From: a virus
Taxonomy: Duplodnaviria; Heunggongvirae; Uroviricota; Caudoviricetes
DNA length: 64,000 bases
Virus record (IMG/VR): IMGVR_UViG_3300042894_007411
Strand: one strand, 5' to 3'
In this document: positions 26,500-36,860 of the stretch, piece by piece
Numbering within the stretch: the stretch's first letter is position 1
How the letters are laid out: every line of letters begins with the position of its first letter
The notes under the pieces: generated by a model
What the model was told of the DNA's origin: nothing
The model's input: the letters and a program-made list of their open reading frames with translations, nothing else
Database searches by the model: none
Made by a program: the position numbers and the translations under genes

Positions 26500-27380
26500 A
26501 GACTTGGTTCAAATTGAATTCTTCTTGCTCCGGATTTCATTTTCGTGATCGCCTTACGGTGAATGATCTCTGCCTTCTGTTTTGAAATTCCAAATTTCAA
26601 ACCAATTTCTATGTATGTCAATGGGTAATCATATCCCACTCCATGATGTAATGTCACGATGTCTTTTTCTAAAGGAGTTAAAGAAAGCAACAACTTATTA
26701 ACCATCTTCTTTTCGTCATCCTTGTTCAACACATCTTCTGGTGTATCTTCACCGGAATCAATTATCTCATACAGGTTAGAGTCTTCTGCTGTTTCTAGGG
26801 GCTTGTCCAAAGAGACAGACACAAAATTTTGGCCTGTCACAAATTTAAAGGTATCAAAGGTTAGATTTTCTCTTTTGAGTTCTTCCTTCATGTATTCAAA
26901 TACCTCCATCTCTGTGGCCTCCCTACCAATCCTAGCAAAAAGGTAACATTTCGCATCCTCTGCTTTTTGAACTAAACGTAATTGATTGGGCGGGATGTAC
27001 ACTGTTCTTTTAAACTTCTGTATGTAAAGAATCATTTCCTTTCGGATATGCCAAACAGCAAAGGAGATAAATCTAAATCCCTTGGTTGGATCAAATCTAT
27101 CTGCTGCATCCACCAGCCCCACGTTGCCCACAGCCACCATCTCCTGCTGTGATTCTTCATTACTAGCATACATCTTGGCAACCGATAACACAAACCTCAA
27201 ATTTGAGGTAACCAGCTTTTCTCTGGCTTTGGCATTACCATTAAAGGCCTGGGTGGCTATTTCGTATTCCTCATCTGGTGACATGATGGGTATTCGGGAT
27301 ACCTCCCTCAAATACACCTGGGTTGAAAACTTCTGGCTGAGAGTAAATGTCTCAACTTTTTTAAATTGTCTCATGCCCAT
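26496..27380 (-). CDS. RNA polymerase sigma-70 family factor (RpoD/SigA-like, no region 1.1)
   Basis: YLREV (1.2), NLRFVLSVAK (2.1), GNVGLVDAADRFDPTKGFRFISFAVWHIR (2.2-2.4), SLDKPL (3), region 4 HTH. Confidence 0.93.
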   Translation of the reverse strand: MGMRQFKKVETFTLSQKFSTQVYLREVSRIPIMSPDEEYEIATQAFNGNAKAREKLVTSNLRFVLSVAKMYASNEESQQEMVAVGNVGLVDAADRFDPTKGFRFISFAVWHIRKEMILYIQKFKRTVYIPPNQLRLVQKAEDAKCYLFARIGREATEMEVFEYMKEELKRENLTFDTFKFVTGQNFVSVSLDKPLETAEDSNLYEIIDSGEDTPEDVLNKDDEKKMVNKLLLSLTPLEKDIVTLHHGVGYDYPLTYIEIGLKFGISKQKAEIIHRKAITKMKSGARRIQFEPSL

Positions 27381-27397
27381 TGAAGTTCATTCAAAAT

Positions 27398-27661
27398 TTA
27401 AATTTCGTCATTTGAAAAAGTGGCAATCTTTTGTTTCTGAACCCTTAGTACCGACTTTAGGTTTTTGTGATGATTGGAAAGTTTGAGGGCGAGTTGTCCC
27501 TGGAAATCAGAATCCTTAGCCACAACCTTCATCCACGAATCCAAAAAGATATCGAGAAATCTGGCCGAGGATTCCAACTGAATGGGTGTAATACAGGATT
27601 TGATTGTTTCCTCTACCTTCACGGCATCAGAGGTCAATCTTGAGAAAATGGGCTGTGACAT
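27398..27661 (-). CDS. hypothetical protein
   Basis: 87 aa. Confidence 0.7.
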   Translation of the reverse strand: MSQPIFSRLTSDAVKVEETIKSCITPIQLESSARFLDIFLDSWMKVVAKDSDFQGQLALKLSNHHKNLKSVLRVQKQKIATFSNDEI

Positions 27662-27877
27662 ATCAAGGGTTTAGAACCCAAGATTAAGTCAAACGAACCA
27701 AACAAAAAAATTTAACTTCTTTTATTTTCCCTGCCCAACGTATTTCTTCTGGTAAAACTTGCTTCTCTTATTAGAAGAGGTTTTGGTTTTAGCATGAATA
27801 CCTCTTCTTCTCTTCTTAAAAGAATCCTTGTGGGAGTTTGAACTCGTTTGTGATTTGGTTGCCATTGTGTTTGAAAT

Positions 27878-28162
27878 TTATTTTTTGCACTCAGATGGTT
27901 GAAAACATCCTTGTCCTCCACCCTCAACGTACCCTACCCTGAAATCCACATCATGACCCTGGGTGTAGGGAGACTCCTGCCCACATACAACACAAAGGTC
28001 ATACTCGGGGAAGGGAAGCTCGGGCTGGGACGTCTTAAGGGATCGAACAAATTCGTTCTCTCTGTTTTTCTGGTTCCAGTATCTTTCCTGGACAATTTCC
28101 CCTAGGGCATAGGCATTCGGGGTGGCGAGGATCTCTACCTCTGTGAGTGTGACTGTGATCAT
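27878..28162 (-). CDS. hypothetical protein with CxxC...YVEGGGQGC motif
   Basis: Last leftward gene before the divergent spacer. Confidence 0.75.
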   Translation of the reverse strand: MITVTLTEVEILATPNAYALGEIVQERYWNQKNRENEFVRSLKTSQPELPFPEYDLCVVCGQESPYTQGHDVDFRVGYVEGGGQGCFQPSECKK

Positions 28163-29010
28163 GTTCGAATTTTAGAGGGTGTAAAACATACTATCTTAGC
28201 ACCATACTATATCTATTGTTTCGATTTTTCGGGTCCACAGAGGACCTGCCCACAGGTACAGGACTTGGTGGGATCAGTGACACAGGGGGTTTCGGGATTG
28301 GGGGACATCGGGAGGGGCTGGGATCCAAAGAGGGCCGAGCGGACTCTGGCCCATAGCCGCCGGAGTAGAGGGGGAAGTGGAGGAAAGTGGAACATGGGTA
28401 TATTTTGTGTTGAGGCGCCGTGCGCGTCGCGTGCACGCGCTGGGCTTGAGTATGTTAGCATCATACTATGTCAAACCCCAAAAATTTCACCCGGGCCCGG
28501 GGTACGTTTTGTTTGTTTCTGTCTTATCTTTGGATTGTGTTTCTCATATGTGTTTTGCCCGTGTCGGTCTCCGGATCGGCACGGGATTTTTGTTTGTCCC
28601 AGATTTCCAGGATAATCTCAGCCCAACGAAAACCTTTCGTTATAACACAACATGTTTACTTAGAATGACTTACAAATCGTAACAACAAAAAAATTTACCG
28701 GGCGGGCTGACCCAGATTAACCTCGGACTAACCTCGGCCCATCCGGGGCGGAGTTAAATTGGAAATCCGGGTTATCCTCCACAAGCCTCCACTTAACCCC
28801 ACTTTTTACCACACGGAGGTGCTAGGAAAAAAAATCGAGGTTAGCGGGGATAAATTTGGGGACAACTGGGAGAACTTGGTTAACCCCGCCCTACAGGGGT
28901 AAAACGAGGCTTTCCCGGACGATCGGGTCTGGACTCATGGCCCTGGGTGGTTTTCAAGGCCTCAGAGGGGCTTCCACAAGGGGGATTTTTCCGCGAAACC
29001 TTGAGGGCAG

Positions 29011-29261
29011 AGTCCTTTAAAGAATCCCTTTCTTCTTGTCTGTCATGTCTGGGCCAGGAGGGCCAAGGAGTCCTTTAAAGAATCCGATTCTTCTTTGTGA
29101 TGTCTGGACCAAGGAGTGTCGGGAAGTCCTTTAAAGAATCCCTTTCTTCTTGTCTGTTATGTCTGGGCCAAGGAGATCCCTACAGTAACCTTTAGCTACC
29201 TATGTGTCTCCTTGTCTTCTTATATGTCTTTGATGTCTGGGCAGAGTCCTTTAAAGAATCC
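29011..29261. repeat. four copies of 17-bp AGTCCTTTAAAGAATCC (iteron-like)
   Basis: At 29011, 29069, 29125 and 29245 (spacing 58, 56, 120), each followed by a pyrimidine tract and ATGTCTGG. Confidence 0.85.
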
Positions 29262-29542
29262 GATTCTTCTTGTCTTCTTGTATGTCTTTTATGTCTGGGA
29301 CAGTAGATCTTTCTGAGTACGTGTGTCTTCTCTTGTGTGTTCTCTTTATACTTTGCATGTTCGGGTTAAAACATGTTAGATGTGGTGTAGTCCTTCTGTG
29401 TCTCCTTGTTCGTCTGTGTGTTCTTTTCTTCATTCTTAAATTGACATTGGATTTTGTTCTTTTTTATTTGGAAGGGCCGGGGTTCTTTCTGTGTTCCCAA
29501 TTTTGTCCCCCTCGATTTTTGAGGAACACGTTTGATGCAAAT

Positions 29543-29550
29543 GATATATA
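29543..29550 (+). promoter_or_regulatory. putative late promoter GATATATA (representative copy)
   Basis: Also at 31924, 32563, 33393, 34221, 35061, 35955, 42191, 43087, 45696, 49266, 50808 and 56672, with variants at 36848, 44431 and 53277; mostly 5-20 nt before the ATG; analogous to the T4 late box TATAAATA. Confidence 0.7.
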
Positions 29551-29565
29551 AAAAAAATTGTTTTT

Positions 29566-30996
29566 ATGAAACGCATTAAATTATTTGAATCATTTGTTGC
29601 CGAAAACTACTCAAAACGTTCTCCTAAATTTAATATGCCTGATTTCTATGTTATGCCTAATGGATTATCCAGAAATAAGGTTTATGTTGTCAAGTTGACT
29701 TACCAGTGTGAGAATTTAATTTATGCCTTAATGGATTATTCTCAGTTGGAAAAAACATATGAGTTATTGAATCTAAATCTCGTCTCAGAAAAGATACGAT
29801 GGTATTCCTGGATGATTTATGAATTCCCGAACAATCCAAATGTCGAAGAGGAATCTAAAAAAGGAGACCCATTATACAATCAAAAGGTTCTAACCCAGAA
29901 AGGTTGGTCTATCCAAATTATTGCAGAGGCGGAGAGTGACAAGTTTCCCTATTATGTTTTCATTCCAAAAGGCGATGAACCCCCATCAATCATGAAAAAA
30001 TTGAAGGAAATTTCTAAAAATTGTAAATTTTGTGCAGATGAACCAGATATTTCCTCCTTTAGGCCTGGACAGATCACATGTGCAATAGGTAGCGAAGATG
30101 TTGTTTTCGATCCTGGAATGGGAATGGAATTATCTGATATCATTTATGATGATAGCGGAACTTATGAAAGCCCGCAAGATATCGATCGCGGGTTTGAACC
30201 AAGGGGATTCTACATTAGATTTGATTCTCTAGGAGCATTTTTAGCAGCGCACCATCCTTCTTATCATGAATTTAATAGATTCTATAAGTCTAAGTTTGTT
30301 GTTGACAATTCGAAAATCTTTGAAATTCTCCAATACAAGCCAGACCTTGTTGGGGTTAGAAATTTAATTCAAGGAAAGGAAGGTTCCCGGGATTTTCTAG
30401 ACGATATATTTGCATTCCTTATAGATGAGGATGCCCCTCAAAAGATTGTAAAAGAAATTAGTGATATTTTAAATCCGGATGACTATGAACCCCAAACCAT
30501 GGATTTTTATAGGGCCAAGCTTAATATATACACGAAGAGAATTCTTTCCTGGGATCCTTTAAAAAAATCCGAAACTCCAGATTTTAAAGAAGGAAATATT
30601 TTTCTAGCACTTCCTGATGATCGATCTCTTGTTGTTTCCATCCTCAATAAACTTCCGAAGGATTATCAAGAAATTAAAGAAGGGTTAGATTCCATAGATC
30701 CATCCTTTCTTCAAAAAAATATGGATGATTATGGATCTGATTTTTCAACTTTGGATTCATATAAAGAAATGTTAAAATCTAATATTTATTTTTTTGAAAA
30801 AAATTCAATCACAAAACAAAAAATAAATCTCTATGATGGGAAATTACCATCAATAGATGTTCTAATGAATGAAACTCATTGTGATTTCTTTTACGGAATA
30901 TTTAGAAATATAACCGCCGATGAAATTAACAGGATGAGTCCAATCGAACTTTATCTTAATGTATTTTTTCAAGGAAAAAGCATTTTAGATTTTTAA
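29566..30996 (+). CDS. hypothetical protein, MKRIKLFESF N-terminus
   Basis: 476-aa ORF. Confidence 0.85.
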   Translation: MKRIKLFESFVAENYSKRSPKFNMPDFYVMPNGLSRNKVYVVKLTYQCENLIYALMDYSQLEKTYELLNLNLVSEKIRWYSWMIYEFPNNPNVEEESKKGDPLYNQKVLTQKGWSIQIIAEAESDKFPYYVFIPKGDEPPSIMKKLKEISKNCKFCADEPDISSFRPGQITCAIGSEDVVFDPGMGMELSDIIYDDSGTYESPQDIDRGFEPRGFYIRFDSLGAFLAAHHPSYHEFNRFYKSKFVVDNSKIFEILQYKPDLVGVRNLIQGKEGSRDFLDDIFAFLIDEDAPQKIVKEISDILNPDDYEPQTMDFYRAKLNIYTKRILSWDPLKKSETPDFKEGNIFLALPDDRSLVVSILNKLPKDYQEIKEGLDSIDPSFLQKNMDDYGSDFSTLDSYKEMLKSNIYFFEKNSITKQKINLYDGKLPSIDVLMNETHCDFFYGIFRNITADEINRMSPIELYLNVFFQGKSILDF

Positions 30997-31102
30997 TTGG
31001 GTAAAGCGAGATTTATTTTAATTTTGGGGCCGGGGTTCTTTCGGTGTTCCCAATTTTGTCCCCCTCGACTTCGAATGACTGCGGTTGGGAATATATAAGG
31101 AC

Positions 31103-31921
31103 ATGAAACACCTCCAATCCTTTTCCCTGTTCGAAGCCCAAACTTCTGTCCTGACCACAGACCAAGAGGCATTTTTGAATGAATACATCAAAGGAGCATG
31201 GTCGGTCAATCCAACAACAGGTCTGGTCGATGTGGAGGGAAATTTTGCTTGTAGTTCCAAAAGGCTGAAGTCTCTGTCGGGCATCTCGTTCGGACATGTG
31301 AGTGGGAATTTCGCCTGTTTCAACAACCAACTGACCTCCCTGAAAGGAGCACCACAGACGGTGGGTGGGGGTTTCGATTGTTCTTATAACGATCTCACTT
31401 CCCTGGAAGGAGCACCACAGACGGTGGGTGGGGATTTCAATTGCTTTTATAATTACAATCTTAAATCCTTGGAAGGAGCACCTCGGACTGTGGGTGTGAA
31501 TTTCGATTGTTCTTATAACGATCTCACTTCCCTGGAAGGAGCACCTCAGACGGTGGGTGGGGATTTCAATTGCTTTTATAATTACAATCTTAAATCCTTG
31601 GAAGGAGCACCTCGGACTGTGGGTGTGAATTTCCTTTCTGACAAATTCCAATTAGAAGAAGGCGAATGGAACATGCAAGGATGGCTGGAGGTTTTGAACA
31701 CAGGAACGGAAGAAGCCAAAAAATTGATTTCCACCCTGCCATGGCTACAACCGGACTGGTGGAACTTGGAACTCCAACGGGATCCCGGTAAAACAGTTCA
31801 TCTATTGGGGTCTTTATGGAAACATATGCCAAAGGACATGCAATCTGCAATTAAGATTCCCGGGGGATATGAAGATGATTTCGAACTGTTTTCTGGATTT
31901 AACGAGCTGGGCTTGTTTTAG
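31103..31921 (+). CDS. short-LRR repertoire protein 1 (5 modules)
   Basis: Start MKHLQS at 31103; 129-bp internal tandem duplication; C-cap ending FSGFNELGLF. Confidence 0.9.
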   Translation: MKHLQSFSLFEAQTSVLTTDQEAFLNEYIKGAWSVNPTTGLVDVEGNFACSSKRLKSLSGISFGHVSGNFACFNNQLTSLKGAPQTVGGGFDCSYNDLTSLEGAPQTVGGDFNCFYNYNLKSLEGAPRTVGVNFDCSYNDLTSLEGAPQTVGGDFNCFYNYNLKSLEGAPRTVGVNFLSDKFQLEEGEWNMQGWLEVLNTGTEEAKKLISTLPWLQPDWWNLELQRDPGKTVHLLGSLWKHMPKDMQSAIKIPGGYEDDFELFSGFNELGLF

Positions 31922-31936
31922 AGGATATATAGGAGA

Positions 31937-32560
31937 ATGAAACACCTCCAATCCTTTTCCCTGTTCGAAGCCCAAACTTCTTTCCTGACAACCGACCAAA
32001 AGGAATTTTTAAATGAATGCACCAAAGGAGCATGGTCGGTCAACCGGCAGACCGGTCTGGTCAATGTGGAGGGGAATTTTGACTGTAGTTTCAAATCACT
32101 AAAGTCTCTGCCTGACATCTCGTTCGGACACGTCAGTGGTCATTACGGCTGTTTCAACAACCAACTGACCTCCCTCGAGGGAGCACCCCAGACGGTAGGC
32201 GGGGGTTTCTACTGTTCCAACAACAAACTGACCTCCCTCGAAGGATCCCCACAGACTGTGGGTGGGGATTTTTGGTGTGACGAATTCGAATTAGATTCAG
32301 GCAAATGGAACATGCAAGGATGGGTGGAAGTTCTGAACACAGGAACACCAGCAGCCCAAAAATTGATTTCCACCCTTCCATGGATCCAACCGGACTGGTG
32401 GAACCTGGAACTCCAACGGGATCCCGGGAAGACGGTTCATCTATTGGCCACTGCATGGAATCACATGCCAAAGGACATGCAATCTGGAATTAAGATTCCT
32501 CGGGGATATGAAGGTGATTTCGAACTGTTTTCCGGATTTGACGAGCTGGGCTTGTTTTAA
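31937..32560 (+). CDS. short-LRR repertoire protein 2 (2 modules)
   Basis: LTSLEGAPQTVGGxFxCxxNx 21-aa modules between constant caps. Confidence 0.9.
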   Translation: MKHLQSFSLFEAQTSFLTTDQKEFLNECTKGAWSVNRQTGLVNVEGNFDCSFKSLKSLPDISFGHVSGHYGCFNNQLTSLEGAPQTVGGGFYCSNNKLTSLEGSPQTVGGDFWCDEFELDSGKWNMQGWVEVLNTGTPAAQKLISTLPWIQPDWWNLELQRDPGKTVHLLATAWNHMPKDMQSGIKIPRGYEGDFELFSGFDELGLF

Positions 32561-32577
32561 AGGATATATATAAGGAC

Positions 32578-33390
32578 ATGAAACACCTCCAGTCCTTCGT
32601 ACTTTTCGAAGCCCAAACTTCTGTCCTGACACCCCGCCAAAATAAATTTTTGAATGGATGCACCAAAGAAACATGGTCGGTCAACCGGCAGACTGGTCTG
32701 GTCGATGTGAAGGGAAATTTTGACTGTAGTTTCAAATCACTAAAGTCTCTGCATGGCATCTCGTTCGGAAACGTCAGTGGTCATTTTGGCTGTATATACA
32801 ACCAACTGACCTCCCTGAAAGGATCACCCCAGACGGTGGGTGGGAATTTCAACTGTTCCACCAACCGACTGACTTCTCTAGAAGGAGCACCGCAGAAGGT
32901 GGGTGTGAGTTTCGACTGTGGTGTAAACAAATTGACCTCCTTGAAAGGATCACCACAGACGGTGGGTGGGATTTTCTCCTGTTACAACAACCGACTGACC
33001 TCTCTCGAAGGAGCACCTCAGAAGGTTGGCTCGAATTTTTCTTGTACTTTTAACGATCTCACTTCCCTGAAAGGAGCACCTGAGACGGTGGGTGGGTATT
33101 TTACGTGTGACGAATTCAAATTAGATTCGGGTGAATGGAACATGGAAGGATGGGTGGAGGTTTTGAACACAGGAACACCAGCAGCCCAAAAATTGATTTC
33201 CACCCTTCCATGGCTCCAACCAGACTGGTGGAACTCGGAACTCCAACGGGATCCAGCGAAAACAGTTCATCTATTGGGGTCTTCATGGAAACATATGCCA
33301 AAGGACATTCAATCTGCAATTAAGATTCCTCGGGGATATGAAGGTGATTTTGAATTGTTTTCTGGATTTGACGAGCTGGGGTTGTTTTAA
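32578..33390 (+). CDS. short-LRR repertoire protein 3 (5 modules)
   Basis: As above. Confidence 0.9.
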   Translation: MKHLQSFVLFEAQTSVLTPRQNKFLNGCTKETWSVNRQTGLVDVKGNFDCSFKSLKSLHGISFGNVSGHFGCIYNQLTSLKGSPQTVGGNFNCSTNRLTSLEGAPQKVGVSFDCGVNKLTSLKGSPQTVGGIFSCYNNRLTSLEGAPQKVGSNFSCTFNDLTSLKGAPETVGGYFTCDEFKLDSGEWNMEGWVEVLNTGTPAAQKLISTLPWLQPDWWNSELQRDPAKTVHLLGSSWKHMPKDIQSAIKIPRGYEGDFELFSGFDELGLF

Positions 33391-33405
33391 AGGATATATA
33401 GAGGG

Positions 33406-34218
33406 ATGAAACACATCCAATCCTTTTCTCTGTTCGAAGCCCAAACTTCTGTCCTGACCACAGACCAAGAGGCATTTTTGAATGAATTCACCGACGGGAC
33501 CTGGTCGGTTAATCCAACAACTGGTTTGGTGGACGTTCAGGGTGATTTTAACTGTTTCGGTCAAGGTCTGAAATCACTTCGAAAAATATCTTTCGGTCAT
33601 GTGAGTGGGTATTTCTCCTTTTCCGACAACCAACTGACCTCCCTGGCAGGGGCACCCCAGACGGTGAGTGGGCATTTCTTCTGTTCCCGCAACCAACTGA
33701 CCTCCCTTAAAGGAGCACCCCAGACGGTGGATGGGCCTTTCTACTGTTACAAAAACAAACTGACCTCCCTCGAAGGAGCACCTCAGACGGTGTATGGGGA
33801 TTTCCGGTGTTACAATAACCAACTGACCTCCCTAGAAGGAGCACCACAGACGGTGGGCGGGGATTTCTCTTGCTACAACAACCAACTGACCTCCCTGGAA
33901 GGAGCACCTCAGACGGTGGGTGGGTATTTTACGTGTGACGAATTCCAATTAGATTCGGGTGAATGGAACATGGAAGGATGGCTGAGGGTTTTGAAAACAG
34001 GAAAAACAAAAGCCAAAAAATTGATTCTCACCCTGCCATGGCTACAACCGGACTGGTGGAACTCGGAACTTCAGCGGGATCCAGGGAAAACCGTTCATCT
34101 ATTGGGGTCTTTGTGGAAACATATGCCAAAGGACATGCAATCTGGAATTAAGATTCCTCGGGGATATGAAGGTGATTTTGAATTGTTTTCTGGATTTGAC
34201 GAGCTGGGGTTGTTTTAA
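33406..34218 (+). CDS. short-LRR repertoire protein 4 (5 modules)
   Basis: As above. Confidence 0.9.
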   Translation: MKHIQSFSLFEAQTSVLTTDQEAFLNEFTDGTWSVNPTTGLVDVQGDFNCFGQGLKSLRKISFGHVSGYFSFSDNQLTSLAGAPQTVSGHFFCSRNQLTSLKGAPQTVDGPFYCYKNKLTSLEGAPQTVYGDFRCYNNQLTSLEGAPQTVGGDFSCYNNQLTSLEGAPQTVGGYFTCDEFQLDSGEWNMEGWLRVLKTGKTKAKKLILTLPWLQPDWWNSELQRDPGKTVHLLGSLWKHMPKDMQSGIKIPRGYEGDFELFSGFDELGLF

Positions 34219-34233
34219 AGGATATATAGGAGA

Positions 34234-35058
34234 ATGAAACACCTCCAGTCCTTCGTACTTTTCGAAGCCAAAGCTGCTCGTCTTCCTTCTGGACTTACTC
34301 AAAGTCAAGAAAATTTCTTGAACCGACACACCAGAGGAACATGGTCTGTTAATCCAACGACCGGTCTGGTAGATGTTTTTGGGGAATTTTACTGTTTCGG
34401 TCAAGGTCTGAAATCACTTCGAAAAATATCTTTCGGTCATGTGAGTGGGAATTTCGACTTTTCTTCCAACAAACAAACCTCTCTGAAAGGAGCACCCCAG
34501 ACGGTTAAACGTCAATTCAATTGTTCTGATAACGAACTGACCTCCCTGGAAGGAGCACCTCAGGAGGTAGGTAGGAGTTTCTACTGTTACAAAAACAAAC
34601 TGACTTCCCTAGAAGGATCACCTAAGACTGTAGGCGGTGATTTCGACTGTGCTATCAACCATCTGACTTCCCTTAAAGGAGCACCACAAACGGTGGATGG
34701 TCGTTTCTACTGTGATAGGAACAAATTAACCTCCCTGGAAGGAGCACCTCAGACGGTGGTTGGGAATTTTAAGTGTGACGAATTCGAATTAGATTCAGGT
34801 GAATGGAACATGGAAGGATGGCTGAGGGTTTTGAAAACAGGAAAAACAAAAGCCAGAAAATTGATTTGCACCCTTCCATGGCTACAACCGAACTGGTGGA
34901 ACTCTGAACTTCAGCGGGATCCCGGTAAAACAGTTCATCTATTGGGGTCTTTGTGGAAACATATGCCAAAGGACATGCAATCTGGAATTAAGATTCCTCG
35001 GGGATATGAAGGTGATTTTGAATTGTTTTCTGGATTTGACGAGCTGGGGCTGTTTTAA
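34234..35058 (+). CDS. short-LRR repertoire protein 5 (5 modules)
   Basis: As above. Confidence 0.9.
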   Translation: MKHLQSFVLFEAKAARLPSGLTQSQENFLNRHTRGTWSVNPTTGLVDVFGEFYCFGQGLKSLRKISFGHVSGNFDFSSNKQTSLKGAPQTVKRQFNCSDNELTSLEGAPQEVGRSFYCYKNKLTSLEGSPKTVGGDFDCAINHLTSLKGAPQTVDGRFYCDRNKLTSLEGAPQTVVGNFKCDEFELDSGEWNMEGWLRVLKTGKTKARKLICTLPWLQPNWWNSELQRDPGKTVHLLGSLWKHMPKDMQSGIKIPRGYEGDFELFSGFDELGLF

Positions 35059-35073
35059 AGGATATATAAGGGC

Positions 35074-35952
35074 ATGAAATATCTCGTTTCATTTGTCCTT
35101 TTCGAAACCGAAAAGACTTCAGGCCTGACACCCGGCCAAGAGGCATTTTTGAATGAATGCTCCAGCAAGACCTGGTCGGTTAACCGGCAGAATGGTCTGG
35201 TCGATGTGCAAGGAGGTTTTACTTGTAGTTTCAAATCCCTAACGTCTCTGCCTGACATCTCGTTCGGAAACGTCAGTGGTCATTTCATCTGTTCCAACAA
35301 CCAAATGACCTCCCTTGATGGAGCACCACAGAAGGTGGGTGGGATTTTCTCCTGTGCCGGCAATCAGCTGACCTCCCTAAAAGGAGCAACCCAGAATGTG
35401 GGCGGGAATTTTTGGTGTCACCAAAACCAGCTGACCTCCCTGGAAGGAGCACCCCAGACGGTGAACGGGAATTTCCACTGTTACTACAACCGACTGACCT
35501 CTCTCGAAGGAGCACCCCAGACGGTAAAAAAGAATTTCCACTGTTACAAAAACCAACTGACCTCACTTAAAGGAGCACCTGAGACGGTGGGTGGGAATTT
35601 TGAATGTTCCAACAACAAACTCCAATCCCTGGAAGGAGCACCTCATACGATAAACGGGGGTTTTCGGTGTGACGAATTCCATTTATATTCAGGCAAATGG
35701 AACATGCAAGGATGGGTGGAGGTTTTGAACACAGGAACACCAGCAGCCCAAAAATTGATTTCCACCCTTCCATGGATCCAACCGGACTGGTGGAACCAGG
35801 AACTCCAAAGGGATCCTGGGAAGACGGTTCATCTGTTGTCTACCATGTGGAACCACATGCCAAAGGACATGCAATCTGCAATTCAGATCCCTCGGGGATA
35901 TGAAGGTGATTTTGAATTGTTTACTGGATTTGACGAGCTGGGCTTGTTTTAA
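35074..35952 (+). CDS. short-LRR repertoire protein 6 (6 modules)
   Basis: As above. Confidence 0.9.
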   Translation: MKYLVSFVLFETEKTSGLTPGQEAFLNECSSKTWSVNRQNGLVDVQGGFTCSFKSLTSLPDISFGNVSGHFICSNNQMTSLDGAPQKVGGIFSCAGNQLTSLKGATQNVGGNFWCHQNQLTSLEGAPQTVNGNFHCYYNRLTSLEGAPQTVKKNFHCYKNQLTSLKGAPETVGGNFECSNNKLQSLEGAPHTINGGFRCDEFHLYSGKWNMQGWVEVLNTGTPAAQKLISTLPWIQPDWWNQELQRDPGKTVHLLSTMWNHMPKDMQSAIQIPRGYEGDFELFTGFDELGLF

Positions 35953-35969
35953 AGGATATATATAGGAGA

Positions 35970-36845
35970 ATGAAACACATTCAATCCTTTTCCCTGTTCG
36001 AAGCCCAAACTTCTGTCCTGACAACCGACCAAGAGGAATTTTTAAATGAATGCACCGACGGGACCTGGTCGGTTAATCCAACAACAGGTCTGGTAGATGT
36101 TAAAGGAGATTTTGATTGTAGTTCCAAAAGGCTGAAGTCTTTGTCGGGCATCTCGTTCGGACATGTCAGTGGGTATTTCTTCTGTTCCAACAACCAATTG
36201 ACCTCCCTGAAAGGAGCACCTCAGACGGTGAGTGGGACTTTCTTCTGTACTGACAACAAACTGACCTCCCTGAAAGGAGCACCACAGACGGTGGGTGGGA
36301 GTTTCTACTGCGGTGAAAACCAATTGACCTCCCTGGAAGGTGCACCCCAGACGGTGAGTGAGGATTTTTGGTGTCACCAAAACCGACTGACCTCCCTCGA
36401 AGGAGCACCCCAGACGGTGGGTGGAAGTTTCAACTGTATGGACAACCGGCTGACCTCCCTGGCGGGAGCACCTCAGACGGTGGATGTGGATTTCAATTGC
36501 TTTCATAACAATCTTAAATCCTTGGAAGGAGCACCTCAGAAGGTGGGTAGGAATTTTAAGTGTAACGGATTCCAATTAGATCCAGGCAAATGGAACATGG
36601 AAGGATGGCTGGAGGTTCTGAACACAGGAACACCAGCAGCCCAAAAATTGATTCTAACCCTTCCATGGCTACAACCGAACTGGTGGAACTCTGAACTTCA
36701 GCGGGATCCCGGTAAAACAGTTCATCTATTGGCCACTGTATGGAATGACATGACAAAGAACATGCAATCTGCAATTAAGATTCCTAAGGGATATGAAGAT
36801 GATTTCGAACTGTTTTCTGGATTTGACGAGCTGGGCTTGTTTTAA
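35970..36845 (+). CDS. short-LRR repertoire protein 7 (6 modules)
   Basis: As above. Confidence 0.9.
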   Translation: MKHIQSFSLFEAQTSVLTTDQEEFLNECTDGTWSVNPTTGLVDVKGDFDCSSKRLKSLSGISFGHVSGYFFCSNNQLTSLKGAPQTVSGTFFCTDNKLTSLKGAPQTVGGSFYCGENQLTSLEGAPQTVSEDFWCHQNRLTSLEGAPQTVGGSFNCMDNRLTSLAGAPQTVDVDFNCFHNNLKSLEGAPQKVGRNFKCNGFQLDPGKWNMEGWLEVLNTGTPAAQKLILTLPWLQPNWWNSELQRDPGKTVHLLATVWNDMTKNMQSAIKIPKGYEDDFELFSGFDELGLF

Positions 36846-36860
36846 AGGATATATTAGGAC

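Larger units (their letters stand above)
29474..31068. repeat. 42-bp direct repeat (29474-29515, 31027-31068; partial third copy near 42126)
   Basis: GGGCCGGGGTTCTTTC(T/G)GTGTTCCCAATTTTGTCCCCCTCGA, upstream of late-type genes. Confidence 0.85.

Noticed and set aside
29011-29261. CRISPR array
   Set aside because: The repeat is only 17 bp, the intervening sequences resemble each other rather than being unique spacers, spacing is irregular and no cas genes are present.
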